From NCBI GenBank assembly GCA_965648935.1, contig CBFGIY010000005.1, forward strand, positions 1-56,739: 56,739 nucleotides of DNA, in the 5' to 3' direction. The translations under genes and the position numbers were made by a program. Position 1 is the stretch's first letter. Every line of letters begins with the position of its first letter. This DNA comes from a candidate division WOR-3 bacterium (GTDB lineage Bacteria > Hydrothermota > Tepidihabitantia > Tepidihabitantales > Tepidihabitantaceae). Shown in pieces: positions 30,603-40,069 of the stretch. The notes under the pieces are model-generated. The model was not told where the DNA came from, ran no database searches, and saw nothing but the letters and a program-made list of their open reading frames with translations.

Positions 30603-31418
30603 CTAGTCCTCCATGGACTGAAGCTTGTCAGCGGCGAGCCGGGCTTCGTTAGTTCCGGGGTACTTGGCCACGACATCGGCGAACCGCCGACGGGCCTCGT
30701 CGCGGCGGCCCTGGGCCAGATTCACGACGCCGAGCTTGTAGGCCGCTGACGGCACCTTGTTACCGTCTGGATACTCCTCGAGAACGCGGCGGAACTCGAC
30801 TTCCGCCTTGGCCAGATCGTTCATTGAGTAGTGGCACTCGCCGATCCAGTAGCGGGCGTTATCAGCGTTGTCGCTGTCCGGAAACTGGCGTATGAAGTCT
30901 TCGAATCCGCTGATCGCGACCTCGTACTTGCCGCGCGTGAAATCGTAGTAGGCCGCATCGTACATCTTCTGGGGGTCGGGGCCGCTCACTTGCGGAATCG
31001 GCGCCACAGCTCCACGGTCCGTGGTCGGTGCGGGTTCTGCGGCCGAAAGCTTTGGCTTCGGTGCGGTATCCGCGGGCGCGGCCTGCGGAGTCAGATTGCC
31101 GCGGCCCAAGCCGAGGCGCAGACCGATGCGCCCGAGCCGGTCGGACGTTTCCTCAAGTCGCGCGGAAATCTGGTCGAGCCGGTCGAGCGTCTGCTCGAGT
31201 TGTGTCGAGACTTCGGCCCGCAGGACCGAAACCTCCTCGCGTGCCCGGGCCTGGTCACGCTCCATCCGCGCGACGCGAACAGCCAGCGAATCAATGAGCT
31301 GCCCGCGACGCACGTAGTCGCGGTGCAATGTGCAGCCGCTGGTGAACAACACGGCCAGCAGGCACCCGCACGCGCCCAGCACTGTGCCGACGCGAACTGA
31401 GAGCCTGCTGGCCGCCAT
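30603..31418 (-). CDS. cpoB: Tol-Pal system TPR protein YbgF/CpoB (lipoprotein signal)
   Basis: N-terminal coiled coil; TPRs FPDSDNADNARYWIGE and YPDGNKVPSAAYKLG. Confidence 0.88.
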   Translation of the reverse strand: MAASRLSVRVGTVLGACGCLLAVLFTSGCTLHRDYVRRGQLIDSLAVRVARMERDQARAREEVSVLRAEVSTQLEQTLDRLDQISARLEETSDRLGRIGLRLGLGRGNLTPQAAPADTAPKPKLSAAEPAPTTDRGAVAPIPQVSGPDPQKMYDAAYYDFTRGKYEVAISGFEDFIRQFPDSDNADNARYWIGECHYSMNDLAKAEVEFRRVLEEYPDGNKVPSAAYKLGVVNLAQGRRDEARRRFADVVAKYPGTNEARLAADKLQSMED

Positions 31419-31441
31419 TCGCGGTCAGAGTGTTGTGACTG

Positions 31442-31933
31442 CTACCGGGCGACCTTGAACTCTACCCGGCGGTTCAGACCGAAGTCGGCTTCGTTCTGCG
31501 TCACGAGTCGCTCCTCGCCGTAGCTGACGGTCGCGAGCTGCGACGCCGGCACGCCCAGCTTAACGAGGTAGGCCTTGGCCGCCTCGGCCCGGCGCATGCC
31601 CAGAGCCATGTTGTACTCAGAAGTACCCACCGGGTCACAGTGACCCTCGACATTGACCATCGGGTTGCCCGCGGCGCTGAGCTGGCTCGCGTTGCTCTGC
31701 AACTTGGCCGCCTCGGACGCCCGGATGTCCGACTTGTCGAAGTCGAAGTAGACCGTCTGCAGGTCCAACATCGACTTGCTGCCGCCCTCGACCGGAAGCT
31801 CCGTGACCGTCTCCAGCGGCTCGGGCGGCGGCACCGGCTCAATCGGCTGCACGCACTTCTTGGGGCAGCCTGTGAGCGTGAGCGCGAACGCCACGCACAC
31901 CAGGACGCTGAGGACTCTGGCAGTGTCTGTCAT
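31442..31933 (-). CDS. pal: Peptidoglycan-associated lipoprotein, copy 2
   Basis: LTGC lipobox; VYFDFDKSDI, EGHCD..GTSEYNMALGMRRA, SYGEE and NRRVEF. SD AGGAGGAG precedes ATG 31933. Confidence 0.88.
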   Translation of the reverse strand: MTDTARVLSVLVCVAFALTLTGCPKKCVQPIEPVPPPEPLETVTELPVEGGSKSMLDLQTVYFDFDKSDIRASEAAKLQSNASQLSAAGNPMVNVEGHCDPVGTSEYNMALGMRRAEAAKAYLVKLGVPASQLATVSYGEERLVTQNEADFGLNRRVEFKVAR

Positions 31934-31984
31934 CAACACTCCTCCTTCTGTGAAGGACACAAACGCCGGCTGCGCTGCAGTACG

Positions 31985-32470
31985 TTACCGGGCGACCTTG
32001 AACTCGGCTCGCCGGTTCAGCTCGTACTCCGCTTCGTTCTGCGTGACGAGCCGCTCCTCGCCGTAGCTGATGGTCGCGAGCTGCGACGCCGGCACGCCCA
32101 GCTTCACGAGGTAGGCCTTGGCCGCCTCGGCCCGGCGCATACCCAGAGCCATGTTGTACTCCGAAGTCCCGATCGGGTCGCAGTGGCCTTCGATGGTGAC
32201 GAGCGGACTAGTCGACGCGCCCTTGATCTGATTGGCGTTGGCCTGCAGCTTCGCCCCGTCGCCGGGCCGGATGTCGGACTTGTCGAAGTCGAAATAGATC
32301 GTCTGCAGATTCTCGATGCCGTGTGGGGGCGGAGCCGGCTGCTCAACAACCTCCTCGGCCGGCGGCGGCGGCGGCGTGTCGACGACCACCTTCTTCTTGG
32401 GGCAGCCCGTGAGCGTCAGCACGAACGCCACGCCCAGGAACATTCCTAGGACTCGTGTGCCGTTTCTCAT
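31985..32470 (-). CDS. pal: Peptidoglycan-associated lipoprotein, copy 1
   Basis: Same motifs as copy 2. SD AGGAGGAG precedes ATG 32470. Confidence 0.9.
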   Translation of the reverse strand: MRNGTRVLGMFLGVAFVLTLTGCPKKKVVVDTPPPPPAEEVVEQPAPPPHGIENLQTIYFDFDKSDIRPGDGAKLQANANQIKGASTSPLVTIEGHCDPIGTSEYNMALGMRRAEAAKAYLVKLGVPASQLATISYGEERLVTQNEAEYELNRRAEFKVAR

Positions 32471-32554
32471 TGATACTCCTCCTGTAGGTTGCTCGCTAAC
32501 AGCCGAGCCCTGCAGATTTCCGTTCACACAGGACTGGCTGTACGCTTACGCAGT

Positions 32555-32641
32555 AATCTAGCCGCCTTCTCCCGCAATGTCAAGAACTTGCGTCGAGTTC
32601 CGGGCGAACTCTCTTGACTCCGCGCATCACCGGTCTAACAT
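32555..32641. promoter_or_regulatory. Back-to-back divergent sigma70 promoters (pal operon and XRE gene)
   Basis: Minus strand: TTGACA-N17-TAGATT (32555-32583). Plus strand: TTGACT-N16-TAACAT (32614-32641). Confidence 0.62.
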
Positions 32642-32669
32642 CCTCAGCCGTTTCTACCAGACGACTACT

Positions 32670-33368
32670 ATGAGCGACAAGAGCCCTCGACTGGACGACC
32701 TCAGCGCACTTGGCGCCCGCCTGCGCGAGCTGCGCCGACGAGTCGGGCTGTCCCAGATGAAGCTCTCGGAGAAACTGGGTTTCAATCCTGCCCATGGCTA
32801 CAAGTACATCCTGCGTCTCGAAAAGGGCCAGGTTCCCAATCCTACCCTGCGCACCATTGCCGCCTTTCTCGCATCCTGCGGTGCCCATTGGGCCGATGTC
32901 GCTGATGTCCTGCCGCGCGTCCGGGGCATCGCGCCGCATCAGCCCAAACCCAGGGTCAGCCGCGTACCCAAGCACGCCCCGAAGACCGAAGCTGAGCCCC
33001 CTGGGGCTGCGCAGGCCGCACCGCTCGTCAGCCAGCCCAGGCGCCGCGACGGCCGACCGGTACGAGAGATGCTGCGCCAGCAGCGCCTGGAAGAGAAGGC
33101 CCGCAGGGCCGAGCTCTTCTGGAACCGAACACGCCAGGCAGAACAGCGGATTCACGATCTTCTGGACCGACTCCACGTCCCGCCGCCGGCCCGACCCGGC
33201 TACATCGACTATGCGCGCAGCCAGTGCCGGGTGTTCTTCGAACGGCAGGCATCGCCGGCCAGCCGTTCGGCAATGTCCGACCCGGCGGCTGCCCGAACCG
33301 CCGGCCTGGACAGCGCAATCGTCGCGTCAGTCAAGGCCATCTGCGAACAGACCTGGAGCCAGCCGTAG
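32670..33368 (+). CDS. XRE-family helix-turn-helix regulator with an unknown C-terminal domain
   Basis: LGARLRELRRRVGLSQMKLSEKLG...YILRLEKGQVPNPTLRTI. Confidence 0.8.
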   Translation: MSDKSPRLDDLSALGARLRELRRRVGLSQMKLSEKLGFNPAHGYKYILRLEKGQVPNPTLRTIAAFLASCGAHWADVADVLPRVRGIAPHQPKPRVSRVPKHAPKTEAEPPGAAQAAPLVSQPRRRDGRPVREMLRQQRLEEKARRAELFWNRTRQAEQRIHDLLDRLHVPPPARPGYIDYARSQCRVFFERQASPASRSAMSDPAAARTAGLDSAIVASVKAICEQTWSQP

Positions 33369-36133
33369 ACCGGCCGTCCCCGCCCGGCATCCTGCTCTGC
33401 TTCCTCTTGCTCTTGTCTTGGCACACGCTTGCATTGGCAGACACCGCCGCCGCGCCGCTGCACTACCACATCACTGCCAGGCTCGACCCACAGTCGTCCT
33501 CGGTCACAGGCCACGCGACCATCAGTTTCGCCAACCCCGGCACTGATACGATACGCGCTGTTGACATCGCGCTGAGAACCTCCAGCCGTTGCCTTTGGCG
33601 CCGCACAGCCGTGTCCGCCATCGACCGGCTCGCTCGGCACGATACCGGCCGTGAAGATGAGCCCAGCTCTGTGACGCTTGACCCGGCATTGAAACTGATG
33701 GCCCGGCGCGGTAATGACGGCGACACCGCCACGCTTGAACTGGCTCAGCCTGTTCCGCCGGGCCAATCGGCCGTCGTCGAGCTGGGCTTCCGACTGAACC
33801 TGACCCGGAATCGCGCAGGCGAACACAGGGTCCTCTACATTCTTGCCGACTGGTACCCGCGCATCGTCGGATTCGTGCCCGGGCCCACACCAGCCGCGCC
33901 ACGGCGTGCTGACTACGCTGTCGAACTGACTGCCCCGGCCAGTCTGACGTTGATCTCCTCGGGCGGACTCGTTGGCTGGCCCGAAGCAGAGGACTGGCTC
34001 GCCCTTGATCCCCACCTGCGGGTAGACGCCGGCGAGAGGACAGCCGCTCTTGCCGCGAAGAACCTGCCCGGGTTCGCGATCGTTGCCGGACCAGGACTAC
34101 AGCTATGCCCAACTCAGTCGCGAGAACGACGCGTTAGGGTGCTCTGCGAGCCGGCCGCACTGAACCTATGGCATGACCTCGCACTCGCGGCTGAGTCCGC
34201 TGCGGCCGACTTCATCCGGGCATGGGGCGAGCCACCTGCACCAATCACCTGCGTCGTCGACATCGCCGGGTTCGGCGGAAGCGACACCAGCCTGCCGGGA
34301 ATTGTCCTGCTCGGCAGGCCTGGTCTCGCCTTCACCCGCATCCGCGAGGCGCGTCTGTATCGCCAGCTCGCGATGCAATGGTTCGCGGTAGCGGTCGGGC
34401 CTGACCATCAGACTGGCGCGTGGCTTGCCGACGGTCCCGCGGTGCTGGCTGAAACCCGCCGGATGGCACAGCGCCACGGCCGTGCCGATTTCGTCGACTT
34501 GCCGCTGCGTCTGCGCCTTCTTGACGGATTCACGACCGAGTACTTCCATCGCCTGATGTACTACTCCGCCGCGACGAACGAGTTGCTTGAGCCCATCGGC
34601 CAACCGCCGCGCCGGTTCGCTGAGAACACGGTGAACCTTGCTGAGGCCCGGTTCTCTCAGGCCGGGCTGTTCTGGTTGGCGCTTGAGCGCCGGCTCGGCC
34701 GCGCTACGCTTGATGCTACTCTGCGCTCATACGTGCACGCTGGAACCGATGCGCCCACCGCCTCTCAGGACCTAATCGAGGCGGCCCGCAGTGCATCTGG
34801 CGTTGACCTGTCGCAGACTATTGAACCCTGGCTCGACATCCGAGGAATCTGCGACTACTCGATAAGCAGAAGACACGAAGCTGTGCTGGTTCGCCGCATC
34901 GGCCGTGTAGCCGCGCCGGTTGATGTCGAGCTGGCGTACGTCGACGGCACCCGCGACAGAGCAACCTTCTCCGGGACCGTGCGCGACACCCTGCTCAGCC
35001 TGCGGCCGGGCGCGCGCCTGCGTCGGGCAACGGCCGATCCCGACCGCTTGCTGGTCGAACCCGACCGCTGGAACAACCACTGGCCGCGCAGGATCAGCAT
35101 CCTGCCCGTGGTCGCCCTGCCCGACTTCGAAGCGTACCAGGTCTTCTACGGTCCGTACGCCTGGTGGGACACCTATCACGGCATCCGCTTCGGAGGCTGG
35201 CTCAACGGCCGTCAGTTCATCGATGCCGGACCGTTGCGCGGCCGCCACATGTGGTCGCTCGCCGAGACCTACAGCGCCGGTCTCGACGAATGGCAGACCG
35301 GGTTCTCCTACCAGACGCCGCTCCTCTCGGCAACGCGAGAACTCCGGTTCCGCGCCCTGGGCAAATATGCGGTACTCGAGTCTGACGCGCTTGTCGGACT
35401 GGAATACGGCCTGAGCCCGGTCTTTCGCCAGTCAGGCAGTCTCGCCCGGCTCGAGTATCTGCTCCTCGACGTCAGCGACGTGCGTTCGCGTGACCCTCGT
35501 GCCTGGGAGGTCGCGCGCACCTCTGAGGTGCGCTTCACCAGCAACTACACCCGGCGCACTGAGTATTCCTTCAGCAACGGACAGGTCTACCTTGGTCGCG
35601 GCATCGCCGGGTTGGGCGGCAACTTCGACTACTGGAAGGTCTCTGCCGACTGGCGGCAGAGCGTCCGCGTCGCCGGCCCGCTCGGGCTGTATGCCCGCCT
35701 CTTTGCTGGAGGCATCAGCGGCCAGACCCCGCGCCAGAACCTGTTCTACCTCTCGGGCGGCCTTCTTCCCACCGAGAGCGAACCGGTGAACCTGGGGCAC
35801 GAGGGATGGGCCTCGCCGCAGGTGCTCTGGCACTTCGAAAGCGACGCCAACCTCCGCGCCTGGGCTGGTGAGTTCGAGAACGGCAGAATCGGCTGCGCGG
35901 TCAACATCATGCTGACGTTGTATCGATTCTTCGGCGTCTTCTACGACGTGGGCAATGTCGGCGATGGACTCGACCGTAACTTCGCCCGGGTCCGCATGAA
36001 CGCCGGGGTCCGGCTGCGGCTCGGCCCGGCTTACGCCGACCTGCCTCTCTGGCGCTGGCACATCGGCTCTGCCGCAGAGTTCGCCCCGCGGGTGATGTTC
36101 GGCCTGAATCTCTCCGGTCTGGGCGACTTCTAG
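33353..36133 (+). CDS. Secreted M1-aminopeptidase-like protein with a degenerate active site, fused to a C-terminal outer-membrane beta-barrel-like domain
   Basis: Signal peptide; M1-like motifs HYHITARLDP, DWYPRI and DYAVELTAP; RQLAMQWF in place of HExxHQWF; aromatic beta-strand C-terminus ending in F. Start uncertain: CTG 33353 is inferred, while the ORF is open from 33224. Confidence 0.72.
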   Translation: MEPAVDRPSPPGILLCFLLLLSWHTLALADTAAAPLHYHITARLDPQSSSVTGHATISFANPGTDTIRAVDIALRTSSRCLWRRTAVSAIDRLARHDTGREDEPSSVTLDPALKLMARRGNDGDTATLELAQPVPPGQSAVVELGFRLNLTRNRAGEHRVLYILADWYPRIVGFVPGPTPAAPRRADYAVELTAPASLTLISSGGLVGWPEAEDWLALDPHLRVDAGERTAALAAKNLPGFAIVAGPGLQLCPTQSRERRVRVLCEPAALNLWHDLALAAESAAADFIRAWGEPPAPITCVVDIAGFGGSDTSLPGIVLLGRPGLAFTRIREARLYRQLAMQWFAVAVGPDHQTGAWLADGPAVLAETRRMAQRHGRADFVDLPLRLRLLDGFTTEYFHRLMYYSAATNELLEPIGQPPRRFAENTVNLAEARFSQAGLFWLALERRLGRATLDATLRSYVHAGTDAPTASQDLIEAARSASGVDLSQTIEPWLDIRGICDYSISRRHEAVLVRRIGRVAAPVDVELAYVDGTRDRATFSGTVRDTLLSLRPGARLRRATADPDRLLVEPDRWNNHWPRRISILPVVALPDFEAYQVFYGPYAWWDTYHGIRFGGWLNGRQFIDAGPLRGRHMWSLAETYSAGLDEWQTGFSYQTPLLSATRELRFRALGKYAVLESDALVGLEYGLSPVFRQSGSLARLEYLLLDVSDVRSRDPRAWEVARTSEVRFTSNYTRRTEYSFSNGQVYLGRGIAGLGGNFDYWKVSADWRQSVRVAGPLGLYARLFAGGISGQTPRQNLFYLSGGLLPTESEPVNLGHEGWASPQVLWHFESDANLRAWAGEFENGRIGCAVNIMLTLYRFFGVFYDVGNVGDGLDRNFARVRMNAGVRLRLGPAYADLPLWRWHIGSAAEFAPRVMFGLNLSGLGDF

Positions 36134-36150
36134 AACGCGCTGCTGCATGC

Positions 36151-36178
36151 TTGACAGGCGTGTCTGGCCATCTATACT
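36151..36178 (+). promoter_or_regulatory. Sigma70-type promoter upstream of the rho leader
   Basis: TTGACA-N16-TATACT. Confidence 0.75.
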
Positions 36179-36184
36179 TAGTGC

Positions 36185-36297
36185 GACGGGGCCAGTGGGA
36201 TGACTCCCGAAAAGAAAAACTGTCGTCAGCCTGTGTCAACGACTCTGGTTTGTCTGTATCGGGACACCACTGCGTAGAAACTTACGGCCCGAGTCAC
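36185..36297 (+). ncRNA. Candidate structured RNA (rho 5' leader or independent small RNA)
   Basis: Nested complementary segments GGGCC/GGCCC, CAGUGG/CCACUG, UCCCGA/UCGGGA and GUCGU/ACGAC, plus a side hairpin CGUA/UACG. Begins at the predicted TSS. Confidence 0.4.
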
Positions 36298-36413
36298 CGT
36301 GTCAGCCATCGAACGCATTGCCCGCAGGCGCGCTGCGCTAATGCTGATCGCTCACTATAGTAACCTGTAGCGACGAGTCCCGGTCCGGCTGTAGCCGCCA
36401 TAAGGAGACAGGC

Positions 36414-37679
36414 ATGAACCAGGAAGACCTGAGAAGGATGAAGATGTCCGAGCTCTTCGACCTCGCCGAGTCGCTGGGCATCCAGGACTACCGCGACAAG
36501 AAGAAACATGGCCTGGTGATGGCCATAATGGAAGCCGAGTCACGCAAGCAGCGGCCTGACGAAGAAGGCGTTGAGGTATCCGGCGTGCTTGAGATACTCG
36601 AAGAAGGCTTCGGCTTCCTGCGCTCGCCCGACTACAGCTACTTGCCCTCATCCGATGACATCTACGTCTCTCCGTCGCAGATCAAGCGCTTCGGTCTGCG
36701 TACCGGCGACACGATCGTCGGCCGCGCCCGGCCGCCGCGCAACAGTGAGCGCTATTTCGCTCTGCTCAAGCTGGACACGGTCAATGGCACACCGCTCGAC
36801 GGCGACCGCAAGCGAGTCCCGTTCGATGCGCTGACGCCGCTCTATGCCCAGGAACGCATCCGGCTTGAAGTCAAGGACAAGAACGACTTCGCGATGCGAG
36901 TCAACGACCTGTTTGTGCCCATAGGCAAGGGTCAACGCGGCCTCATCGTTTCGCCGCCCCGCGCCGGCAAGACCATCCTGATGCAGAAGATCGCCAACTC
37001 AATTACCGCCAATCACCCGGAGATAACGCTCATCGTCCTGCTGATTGACGAGCGACCCGAGGAAGTGACCGATATGGAACGCTCGGTGAAGGCTGAGGTA
37101 ATCAGCTCGACCTTCGATGAAGTGCCCGAACGCCATGTCCAGGTTGCCGATATGGTACTGGAGAAGGCGAAGCGTCTGGTCGAGCACAAGCATGATGTGG
37201 TGATCCTGCTCGACTCCATCACCCGGCTGGCCCGGGCTCACAACCTGGTCGTACCGCACTCCGGCCGGACTCTTTCCGGCGGCCTTGACTCCAACGCCCT
37301 CCAGAAACCCAAGAAGTTCTTCGGTGCTGCCCGCAACATCGAGGAAGGCGGCAGTCTGACCATCATCGCCACCGCACTTGTCGAAACCGGCTCTCGAATG
37401 GATGAGGTCATCTTCGAGGAGTTCAAGGGCACGGGCAATATGGAGCTGATTCTCGACCGCAAGCTTGCTGACCGCCGGCTCTTCCCGGCCATCGACCTGC
37501 AACGGTCCGGCACGCGCAAGGAAGAGCTGCTGCTTTCCGAGTTCGAGCTCAACCGCATCTGGGTGATGCGCAAACTGCTTGCCGAGCTCAACCCGGTCGA
37601 GATGATGGAGTTCGTCCTTGACAAGATGCGGCTCACTCGCAACAATGAGGAGTTCCTCAAAGCGATGAGCGAAGGCTGA
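36414..37679 (+). CDS. rho: Transcription termination factor Rho
   Basis: Motifs [33 protein letters not shown] and [11 protein letters not shown]. Confidence 0.98.
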   Translation: MNQEDLRRMKMSELFDLAESLGIQDYRDKKKHGLVMAIMEAESRKQRPDEEGVEVSGVLEILEEGFGFLRSPDYSYLPSSDDIYVSPSQIKRFGLRTGDTIVGRARPPRNSERYFALLKLDTVNGTPLDGDRKRVPFDALTPLYAQERIRLEVKDKNDFAMRVNDLFVPIGKGQRGLIVSPPRAGKTILMQKIANSITANHPEITLIVLLIDERPEEVTDMERSVKAEVISSTFDEVPERHVQVADMVLEKAKRLVEHKHDVVILLDSITRLARAHNLVVPHSGRTLSGGLDSNALQKPKKFFGAARNIEEGGSLTIIATALVETGSRMDEVIFEEFKGTGNMELILDRKLADRRLFPAIDLQRSGTRKEELLLSEFELNRIWVMRKLLAELNPVEMMEFVLDKMRLTRNNEEFLKAMSEG

Positions 37680-37698
37680 AACTAGCGAAAAAGAAGAG

Positions 37699-37917
37699 AT
37701 GAAACCCAAGATTCACCCCAAGTACGTTGAGGCCACAATCACCTGCGCCTGCGGCAACGTCGTCAAGACACGCTCGACCAAGCCCGAGATTCACGTCGAC
37801 CTCTGCTCTGCTTGTCACCCGTTCTTCACCGGCAAGCAGAAGCTTGTCGACACGGCCGGCAGAGTCGAGAAGTTCCGGCGCAGGTACGGCCAGGTGGCCG
37901 GGACGCCCAAGAAGTAG
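37699..37917 (+). CDS. rpmE: 50S ribosomal protein L31 (Zn-binding type)
   Basis: IHPKY...CACG...[24 protein letters not shown]. Confidence 0.97.
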   Translation: MKPKIHPKYVEATITCACGNVVKTRSTKPEIHVDLCSACHPFFTGKQKLVDTAGRVEKFRRRYGQVAGTPKK

Positions 37918-37925
37918 CCCAACTG

Positions 37926-39048
37926 ATGGCAGGCGGCGCCCACCGGCAGGACCGGCCGGAGTTCGACGCGCTGGCTCTCCGGGCAGCACGCCTGCGGGAG
38001 TTTCTTTGACCTGCCCGGACTCCGCTCCGAGCACGCCCGGCTGAACGAGAGAAGCACACAGCCCGATTTCTGGCAGGACGCACGCTCGGCGCAGGCCGTG
38101 ATGCGCCGCATCGCCGAAATCGGCGAGTTGCTCGAACGAATCGATAGGCTCGAAACCGGCATACGCGACACTCGCGAGATGTATGACCTCTTCGGTGAAG
38201 ACAGCGATGCAGCCGCACTTGCTGAGTTGCGTTCAGGCTACGAGCACCTCTGCACGGAACTCGCTGCCTTGGAGGAGAGAGCTGTTTTCAACTCCGAAGA
38301 GGACTCGCGCGGAGCCATACTCTCGATCCACCCCGGCGCCGGCGGGACCGAATCCTGTGACTGGGCCGAGATGCTGTTGCGCCTCTACACCCGCTACATC
38401 GAACTGCAGGGTCTCAAGTACTCGATACTCGACCATCAGCCCAACGACGAAGCGGGCATCAAGGATGCGACGCTTGAGGTCACCGGCAGCTACGCCTACG
38501 GTCTGCTGAAGTCCGAAGCGGGCGTTCACCGGCTGGTGCGCGTATCTCCGTTCGACGCGACCGGACGACGCCACACCAGCTTCGCGGCGGTTTCGGTCCT
38601 GCCTGAGGTCGACGAGATCGAAGTCACCGTCGACCCGGGCGACCTCCGGGTCGACACGTTTCGCGCCGGCGGCCACGGCGGCCAGAACGTCAACAAGATC
38701 AGCTCGGCCGTTCGCATAACCCACGTCCCGACCGGCATTGTCGTCGTCTGCCAGAACGAACGCTCCCAGCTCCAGAACAAGGTCAACGCGCTGAAGATTC
38801 TGAGGTCGCGGCTCTATGAGTTCGAGCGGCGCAAGCGCGACGAGAAGCTCGAGAAGCTGGAAGCGGCCAAGACCGAGATTGCCTGGGGCCACCAGATCCG
38901 CTCTTACACCCTGTTCCCTTACCAGCTCGTCAAGGACCACCGCACCGGCTTCGAAACCCATGACGTTGACGCGGTGCTCGACGGCCACATTCAGCCGTTT
39001 GTCCACGCCTGGCTCACGAGACCGGCAACCACCGCTAGCCGACCTTGA
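37926..39048 (+). CDS. prfB: Peptide chain release factor 2 (programmed +1 frameshift)
   Basis: ATG 37926 leads to GGGAG-TTT-CTT-TGA-C at 37996-38010. The +1 frame joins ORF 38098..39048, which carries the SPF and GGQ motifs. Confidence 0.95.
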
Positions 39049-39132
39049 CATCCGGACTTGGAGGAGTATTGATGAGTCTGCAAACAGGCCGACGCCGGTG
39101 ACGCAAGCGCCGGCAACCAACGGAGGTAAGTC

Positions 39133-39321
39133 GTGAAAGCATCTATCGACAAGGAACTCTGCACCGGCTGCGAGCTCTGTGTCGGATCCTGCCCGGATAT
39201 CTTCGAGATGGACGGCGACGTCGCCCGGGTGAAGGTCGACATCATACCGGATGGCGCCGAGGAATGCGTCCAGCAGGCCGCCGAGGACTGCCCCTCGAGC
39301 GCGATCAAAGTCGAAGGCTAG
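39133..39321 (+). CDS. Single-cluster [4Fe-4S]/[3Fe-4S] ferredoxin
   Basis: CTGCELCVGSCPDIF...CPSSAI; SD GGAGGT. Confidence 0.92.
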   Translation: MKASIDKELCTGCELCVGSCPDIFEMDGDVARVKVDIIPDGAEECVQQAAEDCPSSAIKVEG

Positions 39322-39337
39322 CCGCCGGTCGTCAATT

Positions 39338-39363
39338 GCCCGCCGGCATCACTGCCGGCGGGC
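39338..39363 (+). terminator. Perfect 11-bp hairpin after the ferredoxin gene (no U-tract)
   Basis: GCCCGCCGGCA-TCAC-TGCCGGCGGGC. Confidence 0.4.
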
Positions 39364-39400
39364 TGACTGTAACCAGCCGATGCCAGAAGGGAGCAGAAGA

Positions 39401-40057
39401 ATGCCCATGCTCAGTCCAAATGTGGCCAAGGCAGCCGCCGAACGGCTGGCGAAGCTGCCCGGAGAAGTCCGACTCGTCGTCTTCACGCAGGAGATGGAGT
39501 GCCAGTTCTGCCGCGAGAACCGCTTGCTCGCCGAGGAAGTCGCGGCTCTCTCGAGCCGCCTCCGTCTCGAGGTCGTGAACCCGCTGACCGAGCCCGAGGC
39601 CGCGGCACCGTACGGCATCGAACGCGTGCCGGCACTCGCCATCGTCGGGGCACGTGACCATGGCGTGCGATTCTACGGCGTCCCGGCCGGCTACGAGTTC
39701 ACTTCGTTGATCGCCGCCATCGAGCTGTGCGCTGCCGGCGACAGCGGACTTCAGCCGCAGAGCCGTTCCCTGCTCGCCGGCCTCTCAGGGCCGACCGATA
39801 TCACGGTATTCGTAACGCTGACCTGCCCGGTCTGCCCGCTCGCGGTCAGCCTAGGCGTTCGCGCAGCCGTCGAGAGCGAGAAAGTCACTCTCAACGTCAT
39901 CGACGCTGCCGAGTTTCCGCAACTTGCGAATCTGCACGAGGTGATGGCTGTGCCCAAGACAGTGGTCAACCGCAGCCGCTCTTTCGAAGGCGCACTGCCG
40001 GAAGATAGATTCATAGAGGAGGTCGTCAAGGCAGCCGCGCCGGCTGCGTTGCAGTGA
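39401..40057 (+). CDS. Protein disulfide oxidoreductase (double thioredoxin fold; AhpF-NTD/PDO-like)
   Basis: CQFC and CPVC motifs; RFYGVPAGYEFTSLI. Confidence 0.88.
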   Translation: MPMLSPNVAKAAAERLAKLPGEVRLVVFTQEMECQFCRENRLLAEEVAALSSRLRLEVVNPLTEPEAAAPYGIERVPALAIVGARDHGVRFYGVPAGYEFTSLIAAIELCAAGDSGLQPQSRSLLAGLSGPTDITVFVTLTCPVCPLAVSLGVRAAVESEKVTLNVIDAAEFPQLANLHEVMAVPKTVVNRSRSFEGALPEDRFIEEVVKAAAPAALQ

Positions 40058-40069
40058 CCCGGGCGGGAA

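Noticed and set aside
33419-33433. TGGCAC...TTGCA sigma54-like site
   Set aside because: The GG-to-GC spacing is 9 nt rather than the required 10, and it lies in a coding signal-peptide region.
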